This document shows positions 39,301-51,000 of a DNA stretch of 64,000 bases, piece by piece. Under the pieces are notes generated by a model that did not search any database, had not been told where the DNA came from, and saw nothing but the letters and a program-made list of their open reading frames with translations. The first letter of the stretch is position 1; every line of letters begins with the position of its first letter. The stretch comes from Candidatus Obscuribacteraceae bacterium. Lineage in GTDB: Bacteria > Cyanobacteriota > Vampirovibrionia > Obscuribacterales > Obscuribacteraceae. Made by a program: the position numbers and the translations under genes. The stretch spans positions 160,001 through 224,000 of the forward strand of contig JBGAHS010000010.1 in assembly GCA_044226015.1 (NCBI GenBank), written 5' to 3'.

Positions 39301-42300
39301 AGTGCCATTTTTCCCGAGCGGCATTAACTCAGTTTCTGGGTATGGTACCAGCAATTTCTCCACCATCGTCACTAATGGTGGCGTTCGAAATGTGCAGTCC
39401 TATATCACCACGCCAGACAATACGGGCAAAGGTAATGTCCTGGTCTTGCAGGCGCCAACCATTCAATCAGGAAAAGATTTGACTCTCAAATCCACGAGTG
39501 GTGTAATCTCCGTTTCGTATGATGTGCAAGGAAACACTCTTATTGCAAATACCAGCTCTAGTGTCACTCTCAGTAATGTTGGAACAGCAGCAAGCAATAT
39601 TGGTCCATCATCTAGTGGCTCCAATGGACTACTCTTCCAGGTGAATGCTCTTGGAGGGCTGGCTACTATAGGTGCCATAACTGGTGGTGCGATTGCCCTC
39701 ACATCTGTACAAGGTGGCATCACATTAGGAGCAAATGTAGGGACTGCCACCACAAGCGCTATCAGTTTAGAAGCCGCGGATTCAATCACTTCGACTGCAG
39801 GAAAGGTTATTGCGAAGAGCATTGATCTTACATCACATGCAGGCAGTATTGGTACTGATGCTAGTCATAGAATAACTACCAGCACTGGCACCATGAACAT
39901 CTATCGCACGGGTACCGGCAATGTATTCGTCGGCAACACGGGAACCTTATTAGTTCCATCTGTGGGTAATGGAACAGGCACGTTTGATATTACAAATGGT
40001 GGCAATATCACTGTCTTGAATGCGATTGCTGGAACAAACGTTTCCGTCGTCACCACCTCATCGAACGGAAAAATTTCGCTGGCGGGAGTGAACACTCCCG
40101 ATGCAAGCTCCAGCACGAGCATCAACTTGAATGCCAATGGCACTGGCAGTATCACCACTACTGCGCCTCTGAATGCACTTCTTGGTTCCATTACTTTGAA
40201 ATCAGGAACCGGTAACATCGGCACCTCTACTCTGCCGCTGTCTCTGAATACTGCCCAATTAAGTGCTAACACTACTGGTGCTGGCAGTGTGTTTTTGACC
40301 AATACATCAGATCTAAAGCTAGGCAATTCCGGAGCTGGAAAAACTTTCCAATTGGTCAATGCCGGCAGCATCGGAACTGACTCTAACCCAACCGGCAGTA
40401 TAGCTGGCTCTGTTATAAACCTCACGGATACCAAAGCATCTACGACCATCGTCTTTGGTGGCAACGTGGGCTCTTCTACCTCAACTGTAACTATCGATGC
40501 CAGTCCTAACACTGTAAGTGTTTCTCAGAAGTCCGGAATTTTGTCTGCAGCATCGCTCAAAGTGACAACGACATCTGGAGATATCAATCTAAATAACGTT
40601 CGCGCATCAAAGATGACTTTTGACTCGACATCGGGTGACGTCACTATTGTAAACAATGTGACTAGCAGTTTGCTTGGTGCCAAAGGCGATGTGATTAACA
40701 TTTCCAATCCGAATGCTGCGCTGACTATTGCGGGTAGTGTGCTCGGAAGTGACATTACACTCTCATCTACTAATAGCACTGCAACTTCGCCTGGAAAGAT
40801 CATCATCTCCGCAGATATTGGAAATGCACTAACCGATGGTATTCACATCAATACAACAAAGAGCGGTACCATTACTCAGACAAAAAATACTTTTAGTATC
40901 ACGAGCAATAGCGCTGCAACAGGTATCTTCCTACAAACAGAAGATGGAGCCATAGGTACTAGCGCTATTCCTATTAATACAGTCACCGAGAAACTCGCTG
41001 CAAACACAACTGGAGTTTTTGGTTCCTCTGTGTTCATTAACAACACTGGTGCTGATTTGGTGCTCGGTAAGTCGTCGGGACAGAGCTTTACTTTGAAGAA
41101 TACCGGAAACATTAGCCAGAACATTCCTGACCCGAATAACCCACCTACAGTTTTGTACGCCACCTTTGTTGATTTGACCTCAACAACCGGTAGCATAGGT
41201 GTTGATGAATCTCATCGATTCAACATTGCTGGCACCACTGCTAACGTCCCATCCGCCCTTGAACTCACGATTAACACCGGAGGAAACGCTTTTATCTCCG
41301 GAAACAATTCCAATGGTGCATCCGTTCAGATAAATCTGGCAAAATCATCTTTTGTCGCAGGTTCATCGGGAGCTTCAATCTGGACCTTTGGCGGCTCACT
41401 ATTGCTAACAACTGGCGCTACGCTGAAGTCAAACGGAACCATTGATTTCTCTTCTTCCGGTGACATTATTCAACTGGGCACCGCTACTCAGCTTTTTGCG
41501 CCGAAATTCATCATCGAGAGCTCCACAAATACAGGATCATCCAAGTTCCCCTTGCTTATCAGCGCACTTCCAGGCAGCAATATTCCTGTCGAAATCTCGG
41601 TACATTCGTTCCAGGATATGCATATTTCATCGAAGAGCTCCTTGACTGTAGTCAACACTCCCCTGCTGATTTATACTCCGCCAGTTGGTCCTGTTGTGGA
41701 TAACAATAACAAGGTGGATGGCTCACTTTTTCTTACCAGCAGTGGTGCCATCAGTTTCGCAAATGGGGTTTATCCTAATGGCGGCGCGCTTGTTTACAAA
41801 GCGCTTGGTGGCAGTATAAATGTTGGAAGCAGCGTTAATTTCACAACGACGTCAACCAGTCTTACTGCCAGTGCTGGCAGCGTCAATATAGGAACAGGCA
41901 GCCTTATCAGCACGACAGGGCTCGTAATCAGTGCGCGCGATGCGATTACACAGGCAGATGCTGCCGCCAAAGTCACTATCTCTGCTGGCACCATTTCTTT
42001 GACTTCAGGAACGCAGGGTATAGGCACGGCGTTGAACCCCATCGCTTTTCAAGCAGGACTCAACAGCTTAGATCTCACTGTGGTGTCAAAAGGCAGTGCT
42101 TTCTTAGAAGCTCCGACAGCTGGCAAGGGTGAAGAACTCAATCTTGTAGGAAACAGCTCTGCAACTGGAACTTTCTCACTGAAGTCTGTAAATGATGTAA
42201 GGCTGCAAGATAATGCTTCAAAAGTTCCGATAATCACTGGCGGCGCCGTAGTCATTGAAACCACGGGGACAGCCAAAGGCATCATCCAGAACGTATTAGG

Positions 42301-44782
42301 CGCTACATCTGGCGTAGGAATCTCCAGCCCAACAATCACACTCAAGACCGCAAAAGATGGAATTGTAGGTGACAGCAAGGCTCTGGTTCTTGCTAGCAGT
42401 AAGGGAACCGTTACTCTAAATGTCGTCGCAGATAAAACGGTGAGTATCAGCTCAAAGAACAACGTGATTCTTCAAGGTGCTTTGAATCTCACGTCTGCTA
42501 CGAGCACTGGTGTTGATATGTTGGTCACTGGCAACCTTTTGTTTGATACTGCAGCTAGTATCACTTCGAAGGCGCATGTTGATCTTACTGCAACCGGTAG
42601 CATCACTCAGAAATCGACTGGGGGCTCTACATCTGTCACTTCCGATGCAATTACGCTGACTTCGGGAACCGCCGGGATAGGCACTGCTAGCGCCAGGTTC
42701 GGAATAGACACGAACTCAACAGGGAATATTGAAGCCATTTCTAAGGGCGATGTATTCTTGAGTGCAAATAATGCGACTCAGACGATATTTGCTGGGGACA
42801 GTGAGGGGCGTAACTTTGATGTGAGCTCTATTGGTACGATTTCCATTTCTGCAGGAGATTCTATTTACGGTACCAGTTCTATTGCTATCAACGTCACCGG
42901 CGCAGGAAATGGCATTTTTCAAACCGGCGTTGATAATCCATTCATCAGTAACAAGATAACATTGAATGCCCCCAATGCAGTCAGTGGCACTGATGGTGTA
43001 GGTACTGCCGCGAATGCCATAGGTATTACTAGCTTGACAGCGAACGGTACCATTACTTTGAGTACCTCTAGTAAGGGGTCCATAAATATTGTGTCTGACT
43101 CTGCTGTAAATCTGGGTGCGGTTAGTGCAGATGTTGACTCCAATGTTGGTATCACCGGATTTAAGTTGAATTCTGACGGCAAAATCAATGTCACTAATGT
43201 TGTTACTGCTGGTAACGTTTTTATCGCTGGTACCAAGGTTGGTGCCAATATAACTAGCTCAGGCAAAGGCTCCGTCAACGGTGTCAATGTTACATTGGAA
43301 ACAGACAAAGCCAACATTGGCTCATCTACTGCAGGCTTAGTGACTGGCGCTGCTAATCTTTTTGCCAACACGAGTTCAAGTGGGCTCATCAATTTGAAGA
43401 GTACGAATCTCGCTGGTGTGAACCTTGGTGCTTCCAGCAGTTCTACGTCGCTGACTTTGACTGCTGTCGGGCCGCTCACCGTCAGTGGTGCAATCTCTAC
43501 TAATGCTCCCAATGGAAGCAAAGCCGGCAATCTCAGTCTCGTCACTAACAGCGGCAAGCTGCAAGTTTCAGCTAACCTCTCCGCTAGCGAAGGCAGCATA
43601 AAGATTCAAAACACGGATAAAAACGGTTCGATTGTTATTGATAATAATTTGACAATCGACACTAATGTGAATGCCGCAGTGAAAGGAACACTGGGCGCAA
43701 TATCAATCTTTATCGGAACTGGGACCACCACGCAAAATCCGAGTCCGCCGGCGACGATTGCTAACATCACTGTCAACCAGGTTGCTGGAACAAACAAAGC
43801 TTACTTTGGGGCTAACCCGTCCTCGATTACCGCTACGGGACCGATGACAGTTAATCTGAAGAACCAGAGTGTATACTTCAACGCGCCCTTGACTGGAACC
43901 ATTCAACTCGGTTCTGGTACAGTGATTACTGCTGACCCACTCGCATTCGTGCCAGATTCACCAATTAAAACAAGTCAGAATGTCATTCTTCCCAGAGGTG
44001 TTCAATCGACGCAAGCGCCCGCTGCTGTGTACCCGCTAAGTGTCGCAAGCGCAGGAAATGCTTACAACTTCGCAAACCAAGTCTTTCTGCCGGTGACGGA
44101 TACCGTAAATGTCAAACAGAGTTTTGCGGGGGCGGATGCCTCCTCAGCAGCGCAGTCGCATTTTCTGGCAGGCTCAATAAAACAGATTGACGGGTTATTT
44201 GATGAAAGTCAGATCACGGTATGCAATGATTGCTCGTCTAAAGTAGACCTCAAATATGGTGGCACAGTTTTTGCGCCGCGACAAAATTTATCCGTTGCTA
44301 CGCCGTTTGGAAATGTACATTTAGCGGCTGATTCAATAGCGTTAGTTGTTGTCACTGAAAGCGGTTTGTCGATTTATAACCTGCACGATGAGCATCGGGG
44401 AAGTGTCAGGTTGCTGCGCGAAGGCGGACGACAGTATTCTGTTATTTTGGGCGAACATTTGACTGTGGCCAGGAAAGGCAAAGAGTTTCCTGAGCTCAAT
44501 CCGGTACCGTCGATTTCGCATGCAGACCTTCGCACTTTTGGGGGTACAGCTTGGAATGTCTATCAATCTAAGTTCTCTTTGACTTCAGCGATTGTGGGGT
44601 TAGACTCGCTTGCGCTGCTTAAGAATTCAGCTGATTCTTCCAAGAGGAAATTATCTGACAGGCTATACAAGAACGCTGCCATTCTGATGCAGTTCCGAAT
44701 GCCGAGCACGCCTTATTCAAGAATGTCTGCTCGCAACATTGACGATAATCGCAAAACGCAGTTTGTCGCCCAGCAAAACTAG
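36359..44782 (+). CDS. Giant secreted exoprotein B (~2807 aa) with inserted YVTN/YncE-type beta-propeller and FecR-like C-terminal domain; likely start ATG 36359
   Basis: Signal peptide MKASTSSALVFLLFTQVIHPLTALA; propeller blades VYVPNNASNTVSVIDSSTNLVVATI and AYIANTASNNISVVDLSNNTVTSTI; shared N- and C-domains. Confidence 0.85.
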   Translation: MKASTSSALVFLLFTQVIHPLTALAQSRPGSASPGNSSSSGVTPINLDLSSKNRNLTANNLGSSGQVSIKVGNQTMQVNAATMLTPAERLAVYQVLSTGQQSILLGSLGNAIGGSFNIGAKFNQYVSSLVIPRGVTAIQNAAVNSNLSLAGNLTNAGSLLGVSTSQDYSSLLISAQNIYNRQGALISTMLPAGGIAGVSGAISSLNLSLSALNNIVNYGSIISSGNLNLSAGNSIINALPAGTSGAAPLMQAAGNLSFNSSQIANAGLINAINGNVNFATQGLQSLNINNKNGTIQALLGSINLRDAFFSGKADTSLLGGNLLSKELNVFSSDGIANVHVKDLTGVVNVSAACAFITAETDNLSIGSLNLTGDPLIANAAGDLTLLSSMNLITNGADLALLAKGNITAGNALSIDTSSLTGSGGDITIVAGANFAAPVGNVTKVTGASSTGGSINFLSPSSVSLIDSSAKGASGDAGSIQLLAFAGSTKGSGTITLPSSMPINANSVGGKAGDVIITAGGQSAVVLDNTSPATAKASTVQVSISGGVTTVGALSAVNFIGPIHNVGLAGTGSTSIIAAQPKVSTGGVTITDGSITAGSFSAGTPTASNGRIYLGAIDSSKDLTVSSGNTIVFSEAVNVGGNATVSTTANNGNISIEKNFKAGGNISLTAHGSGSITTQSFFIASPQVGSGAYGAAIQSLGNFVYVPNNASNTVSVIDSSTNLVVATIDLSAVDIVAPRGAASSANGQFIYVVGNSSTAGQGTVVVIDTSNNTVSTTYSFQSGTPSANANFEPKFVGVSGGKVYVLSDYALGTSTPTAASQLTVIDPLNPGSPVNVSLPGAVGRGNFGGLAINPQGTRAYIANTASNNISVVDLSNNTVTSTISLGTAGTTGPTALSFNPTGSRLFVAYADTAGSGSMSLKAIDTLPGSNTFNQVVLTQPFANANPAAIPLAISSTPTGAQLIMSDTNLVGIQNPISLSNTEVPFFPSGINSVSGYGTSNFSTIVTNGGVRNVQSYITTPDNTGKGNVLVLQAPTIQSGKDLTLKSTSGVISVSYDVQGNTLIANTSSSVTLSNVGTAASNIGPSSSGSNGLLFQVNALGGLATIGAITGGAIALTSVQGGITLGANVGTATTSAISLEAADSITSTAGKVIAKSIDLTSHAGSIGTDASHRITTSTGTMNIYRTGTGNVFVGNTGTLLVPSVGNGTGTFDITNGGNITVLNAIAGTNVSVVTTSSNGKISLAGVNTPDASSSTSINLNANGTGSITTTAPLNALLGSITLKSGTGNIGTSTLPLSLNTAQLSANTTGAGSVFLTNTSDLKLGNSGAGKTFQLVNAGSIGTDSNPTGSIAGSVINLTDTKASTTIVFGGNVGSSTSTVTIDASPNTVSVSQKSGILSAASLKVTTTSGDINLNNVRASKMTFDSTSGDVTIVNNVTSSLLGAKGDVINISNPNAALTIAGSVLGSDITLSSTNSTATSPGKIIISADIGNALTDGIHINTTKSGTITQTKNTFSITSNSAATGIFLQTEDGAIGTSAIPINTVTEKLAANTTGVFGSSVFINNTGADLVLGKSSGQSFTLKNTGNISQNIPDPNNPPTVLYATFVDLTSTTGSIGVDESHRFNIAGTTANVPSALELTINTGGNAFISGNNSNGASVQINLAKSSFVAGSSGASIWTFGGSLLLTTGATLKSNGTIDFSSSGDIIQLGTATQLFAPKFIIESSTNTGSSKFPLLISALPGSNIPVEISVHSFQDMHISSKSSLTVVNTPLLIYTPPVGPVVDNNNKVDGSLFLTSSGAISFANGVYPNGGALVYKALGGSINVGSSVNFTTTSTSLTASAGSVNIGTGSLISTTGLVISARDAITQADAAAKVTISAGTISLTSGTQGIGTALNPIAFQAGLNSLDLTVVSKGSAFLEAPTAGKGEELNLVGNSSATGTFSLKSVNDVRLQDNASKVPIITGGAVVIETTGTAKGIIQNVLGATSGVGISSPTITLKTAKDGIVGDSKALVLASSKGTVTLNVVADKTVSISSKNNVILQGALNLTSATSTGVDMLVTGNLLFDTAASITSKAHVDLTATGSITQKSTGGSTSVTSDAITLTSGTAGIGTASARFGIDTNSTGNIEAISKGDVFLSANNATQTIFAGDSEGRNFDVSSIGTISISAGDSIYGTSSIAINVTGAGNGIFQTGVDNPFISNKITLNAPNAVSGTDGVGTAANAIGITSLTANGTITLSTSSKGSINIVSDSAVNLGAVSADVDSNVGITGFKLNSDGKINVTNVVTAGNVFIAGTKVGANITSSGKGSVNGVNVTLETDKANIGSSTAGLVTGAANLFANTSSSGLINLKSTNLAGVNLGASSSSTSLTLTAVGPLTVSGAISTNAPNGSKAGNLSLVTNSGKLQVSANLSASEGSIKIQNTDKNGSIVIDNNLTIDTNVNAAVKGTLGAISIFIGTGTTTQNPSPPATIANITVNQVAGTNKAYFGANPSSITATGPMTVNLKNQSVYFNAPLTGTIQLGSGTVITADPLAFVPDSPIKTSQNVILPRGVQSTQAPAAVYPLSVASAGNAYNFANQVFLPVTDTVNVKQSFAGADASSAAQSHFLAGSIKQIDGLFDESQITVCNDCSSKVDLKYGGTVFAPRQNLSVATPFGNVHLAADSIALVVVTESGLSIYNLHDEHRGSVRLLREGGRQYSVILGEHLTVARKGKEFPELNPVPSISHADLRTFGGTAWNVYQSKFSLTSAIVGLDSLALLKNSADSSKRKLSDRLYKNAAILMQFRMPSTPYSRMSARNIDDNRKTQFVAQQN

Positions 44783-45077
44783 CAGATTCGGTGAATTCTT
44801 AGTGTTAGCTAGAATACAATGGCGAAATTTGTGTCGCCGAAAACTCCTTTGTGGCAATTCTTTTGCGGTGTTTGCTATCTATCGTCTAAGTCCGATTGAA
44901 TGATAAAAAGTTCTGTTAAATTCTTAGAGGGTAAGGCTTTTGACTGATTGTCAGTAGCTCGTTGATCCAATACTCTTAATATGGGAACTCAGATTCACTG
45001 CGTTTTTCGCGCGTAAACGTTGCGAGAAAAAATGTAGTGAGTCTTACAAAGTTAATCCAACGAAAGAGTTGAGGAAC

Positions 45078-48000
45078 ATGACAAAAAATCTCTCTGCAGC
45101 CGTAGTCTACATGCTCGCTTTTCAAGTCGCGGTGCCATCACTAGTCTGGGCTCAGGCTAGACCAGGTTCGACCGGGAACTCGACTGGAACAGGGTCTTCA
45201 GGTGTTCCAATAAACCTTGATTTGTCTTCGAAAAATCGAAACTTGACTGCCACCAATCTCGGTAGCAGCGGACAGGTCGACATTAAGGTTGGCTCACAAA
45301 TGATGACCGTCAATGCCTCGACTCTTTTGACTCCTGCTGAACGTCTGGCTGTCTTTCAGGTGCTTTCGACGGGGCAGCAATCGATTCTTCTCGGTTCACT
45401 AGGAAATGCAATCGGCGGAAGCTTCAACATCGGGTCTAAGTTCAATCAATATGCTTCGGGTTTAGTCATACCTGGAGGTGTGACTGCCATTCAGAATGCC
45501 GCCGTTAACAACAGTTTGAATCTCACCGGTAATCTAGTTAACGCTGGCAACTATCTCGGTGTTTCTACAAGTCAAAGCTATACCAACCTTTTGCTGGGAG
45601 CTGCGAACATCTACAACAATCCAGGTGGACACATCTCAACCGTACTTCCTGCTGGCGGATTGGCAGGTTACAGCAATGCAATTTCCAATGTGAATCTCAC
45701 TTTGAGTGCGCTCAATAACATAGTCAACTCTGGCTCAATTACCAGTTCGGGAAACTTGAATTTGGTTGCAGGCAATTCCGTCATCAATGCACTGCCTCCA
45801 GGAACAACCGGGTCTGCACCTGTTCTCCAGGCTGTTGGTGATGTGAATTTCAACGCCGGGCAGATTGTGAACTCTGGTTTGATTTCTTCACTGACTGGCA
45901 ATGTCAATTTCGCAACTCAGGCGCAGCAATCACTTCTTGTTGATAACGGCGGTGGTGCTATCAAAGCATTGCTAGGAAACATCAATGTACGTGACCCGCA
46001 GTTCTCAGGCAAATACGATGTCAATTTGGCTGGCGGTGACTGGTTGTCTAAACAGCTAAATGTGAACTCGGGAGACGGTGCAGTCAGGCTAAACGTTGGA
46101 AAACTTACTGGTGCGCTCAACGTCACTGGTGGCACTGCCCATGTTGTAGCTGACACAAGTTCGTTGGTGCTCGGTACCATGAACCTCTCAGGTGACCCTC
46201 TGTTTTCGGGTACAGGTGATGTTACTATCTCTACTCCGATGACCTTTCCTGGTGTTGATCTCGCGATTGTCGCTGGCGGTAATATTCTCACTTCTGCAAC
46301 AGCAGTGAGTCTGGATACACATTCGAATGGAGTTGGCGGCAGCATTACCCTCGTGGCAGGTGCAAACTTCGTAGTTAATGGATTGCCAGCGAACGAAGAT
46401 ATTACAATTACAGGTGCAAGTGCCAGTGGCGGAAAAATAGATCTTTTGACCAAAGCACCTGCAAGCTTTTCGATTAACAGTTCTGGTGTAAGTGGCGATG
46501 CTGGAAATATTCAGTTTATTGCGTTCAGTGGAAAGGCCGATGCATCAGGAAGCATAACGATTCCATCAACTGTGCCAATCAGCGCGAACAGTACCTCTGG
46601 CAAAGCAGGCAACATTACATTTATTGCGGGCGGTGCAGGAGCCATTCCTAATACCTCTGCCAAGCTTTCAATTTCTGGTGGCTATACTCAATCTGGTTCC
46701 TCAGTTACACTCAATTCGATTGGTACAATAAGTGCTGTTGGAAGTGCTGGAAGCGGTGATATTACTCTGAGTACCTCACAACCAGTAGTCTCCAACGGTG
46801 GGGTCAATATTCTCCAGGGAACGATTAAGAGTGGCAATTTCAGTACATCTACGCCGGTGGCAGCAAAGTCAGGGCGTGTAACGCTTGGAACAGTAACAGG
46901 TTCTGGAAAATTGACCGTCACCGCGGGTGACTCCATTCTTTTCAGAAATGCGGTTAAGGTCGATGGTGATGCCACTGTCAATGCTACTGCCAATAATGGT
47001 GGCATCACTTTCACTAACAATTTTGTATCTGGCGGCAATGTGACTTTGGGTGCCAATGGCGCAGGAACGATCTCGACTCCCAATCAGTACTTGACCAGCG
47101 TTGCTGGTGGTGGCAACTATCAGATGGGTGTCGCTGCCTCGCCTGATGGAACCGTTGTGGTGATGCCGAATTTCTCGAGCAACAACGTTAATATCATCAA
47201 CACTGCCAACAACTCCAGCACGATTATTTCACTGACTGGGACTATCAACAGTGGGCCGAGGGGGGCTGTCATATCGCCTGATAACAAATTTGCTTACATA
47301 GTCGGATTGGACGTTCAAGGGGCAAACCGAACAGGCAAGGTTATCGTAATAGACCTGTCTTCGAAATCTGTTAGCACCACTTACAATTTTACCGCTACCG
47401 GTACACCAAGTACTTTTGACCCGCAGTTGATTGCTGTTTCCCAAAACACGGGCAAAATTTATGTTCTTTCGGCATTCAACGGGCAGCAAGATGCACAGGT
47501 CACGGTAATTGATCCCCTGAACCCTCTTTCGCCACAAAACATCGTGGTGACAGGCAGCAAAGGTGGTGCATCAGGTAATAGCAATCTCGCTGGTGGCATT
47601 GCCGTCAATGCGCAAGGGACGCTCGCTTATATAGCAAGCCCTGCTTCGAACAATATTGCTGTCTTAGATTTGAAGACCAACACTGTGATGTCGACAATCT
47701 CTTTGAGTTCAGTAAGTCCTAATTCTTTTGGACCTGTCTCTATTGCTTTCAACACAACAGGCACGCGCATCTTCGTTGGAGAGAATGTCGTTTTTGCAAA
47801 ATCTGGCAAAATACTAACTATAGATGCCGTTCCCTCATCGCCCAATTTTAACAAGGTGATTTCTTCTAGCTTGACCTTCTCGGCTACGTCGGCGTCAGCT
47901 GGGTTCTTCCCTCAAGCTTTGACTATGAATCCGACCAACACGTCTCTGATAGTCGAGCCCACTTATCTTGAATTGCAAACCACGTTCAATCCTCTAACCC

Positions 48001-51000
48001 TACAGAACGTTGACAACACCGGTATTGGTACCAGCCTGGCTCCAGATAATTATGGTTCGAATACTTTTTCAACCATTGTGAATAACAACGGTGTTCGCAA
48101 CATCAGAACTTACATTGCTTGTCCAACTCATACAAATCCGCTGTCTGGAACAATGGCGATTATTCAGAGCCCGACCATTATGGCAAAGAATCTGACAATG
48201 TCGTCTGGCACCGGTCAGATTTCCGCAAATTATGATGTGCAGGGCGGCACAATGAAGGTCAACACTGGTGGCAGCGTCATTCTGTCAAACGTGGGCTCTG
48301 CTGCTAGCACGGTTGGTGCTTCCAGTGCTGGAACCGGCGGCAGCGTGTTTCAGTTAGGTTCTGTCGCTGGACTCTCTATAACAGGAAACATCACTGCCGG
48401 TGGTCTCATCAATATCTCTGCTAATACCGGTGGCATAGCGTTGGGCGCGAACATCGGTAGTGCAGCTACAAGCTCTGTGACTCTGGAAGCCGCTGGTACA
48501 GGTTCTATTACCCAGACCGCAGGACTGCTCTCAGGTAAAGTGATAAATCTCTTTGCCACCGGAGGTGGTAGCATCGGTGTCAATAGCGGTAGCCGCGTTA
48601 AAACTGCTACGAATAGCTTGAATTACTTTGCTACGACTCCAACCGGCAATATCTACCTGCAGAATACTGGTACTCTCACGTTGAATAGCATCAATATGGA
48701 GGGAACTTTTGATCTGGTAAACACAGGAGCAATAACTTCCAAGCAGCTTATTTCAGCCGGAAACGTCTCCTTAATAACTAGTTCGGGTAGTTCTGCTATT
48801 ACACTTGCAGGAATCACCGCACCAGACGCTGGCACTATAAATCTTCAAACTAGCGGAAGTGGAGCCATCTCATCGACCGGACAATTGAAGGCCCTTGCCG
48901 GTATCACGCTTACATCTGCGTCGGGAAGTATTGGCTCTTCTGCCAAACCGCTTTCTCTTCATACCAGCAATTTGACCGCGCTGACCTCAGGAAGCGGTAG
49001 CGTTTACCTGACTGATGATGTTGCTATTACGTCGATGGGCGCATCAGGAGGGCAGACCTTCCAGCTCTCAGCAAATGGTGATATCACGACATCTGCCATA
49101 AGCGGTAAGACAATAAACTTGTCTGTGACTGCTGCAAACGGTGCTGTGACTCTAGGCGGGAATATTGGTGCCTCTACTTCGACCGTCACCATAAAAGCTG
49201 CCGGCACCGGAAAGGTCTTGCAAACTTCAGGCACTCTGGCTGCAAGTTCGCTCACTGTCACTACAGGTAGTGGCGATATAGATTTGAGTGCTGCCGCTAA
49301 TAATGTTGCCAAATTCTCCCTGTCTTCTTCGGCGGGAGGTGCCATCAAACTCGATAACACCGGCAGTTCTGCTACAGGCTCGCAGACTCTGTCATTGGCT
49401 AAGGGAAGTTCAGTTGATATCAATACGGCCGGAAATCTCATTATCGCCGGTTCGGTAGGGCAGGGCGGAGCAAGCACAGTCACACTGCAATCCGGTGGTT
49501 CGATTACCCAGTCTGCCTCTACAGCAAGTGTTACTGCTGGTTCGGTTAGTCTGGATGCTGTCGGTGGAGTTGGCACTTCCACGGCACCAATTAAAACGGT
49601 CACGTCGAAAATAATTGCTCTGGGCAGCACTGCTGCGGGCAAGCTTGGTGTCTACATCAGCAACACGGGTGATCTAGATATACTCGGTGTGACCGGACAG
49701 ACTGTAAGTTTGACTTCAACTGGTGCGATAACACAAAACACTCTGCCTACGAATTTGATTGAAGCTAATACATTGATATTGAAGTCGGGGACAAACTTCG
49801 ACATTGGCGCCAGCGGCTCTCCACTGCATGCTACTGGCGTTGGCGGGGCATTCAACCCTAGCACGGTGAATCTCACGGTCACCTCGGGTGGTGACACTTA
49901 TTTCAGCGCCGGGTCTGGTTCACAGAGTAGCCTTGTTACTCTCAATTTCACTGGGAAGAGCACAGCCGCTGGTAGCAAAGGCTTCTCTATAGCAACTGAG
50001 ATTTCGGGAGCATCTGCCCCTGGCGCTATCACATTCGCGTCCGGAGCTTCAATGGTTGCTTCTAATCCAAGTGCTCAAGTTGTTCTGTCAACAGTCAATG
50101 GTACATCAGGTGCCAGCATCACCCAAGCGAAGACCGGTACTTCGATATTCGCGCCTTCTGCTGTAATTAGTGGTGGCAATATAGGTACTCTCTCCATACC
50201 GCTCGGAGTGTCAGCTCTGAAGGCTACGGATAGCCTGACGCTTCAGTCAACGAATACTGTTGCTAGTTCTACCTATTTGAATGCCGCTTCGAATGTAATT
50301 TTGTCGGGAGCCAGCAGCAGCTCGAAGGATTTCAATTTGAGCAGTACCGGCAATATATCAATGAGCAGCACCGGCTCTTTCAATGCAGCTCAGTCGATGA
50401 CAGTGACTGCGAAGGGCAGCATAACGCAAGACATCGCAAGTGCGGGCTTTAGCGCTCTGTTCGCGACGCTCAGTTCTGGAGCTGGCGGCACCGGTACGCT
50501 GGCCATTCCTGTTGTAGTCAATTCTAAGTCTGGTTCGATACTGAACTTGACTGCGACCTCTGCAGGAAATGTCTTCTTAAAAGCACCATCCTCTGGCGTA
50601 GGCGAATCACTAAGTCTGGCTGCCTCGAATGCTAAAGGTAGTCTGGGTTTCAATCTCCAATCGGTGAATACTGTGACTCTCGTGCAGGCTGCTGTGGCAG
50701 GGGTGACGGCACCCAGCGTCTCCATCCAGGTCTCTGGGGCCGGACAGTCTATATTGGAATCGGGAGCAGGGGTAGGCATTTCTGGTACCACTGTAAATCT
50801 GAAGGCCGGAGCTGGTGGCACCATAGGTGACACATCGCCCGTGAATGTCGTTGGCTCGACCGTAAAGCTTACCGCGAATGCGGACTCGGTTAATCTTGGC
50901 AGTACAAGCGGCATTATCAATCTCGTAGGCAACAATACGGCAACTGCCGCACTTGGAACTGGTTTCAAGCTAAATGCCGCCGGAAATATTGTCATCGCTG

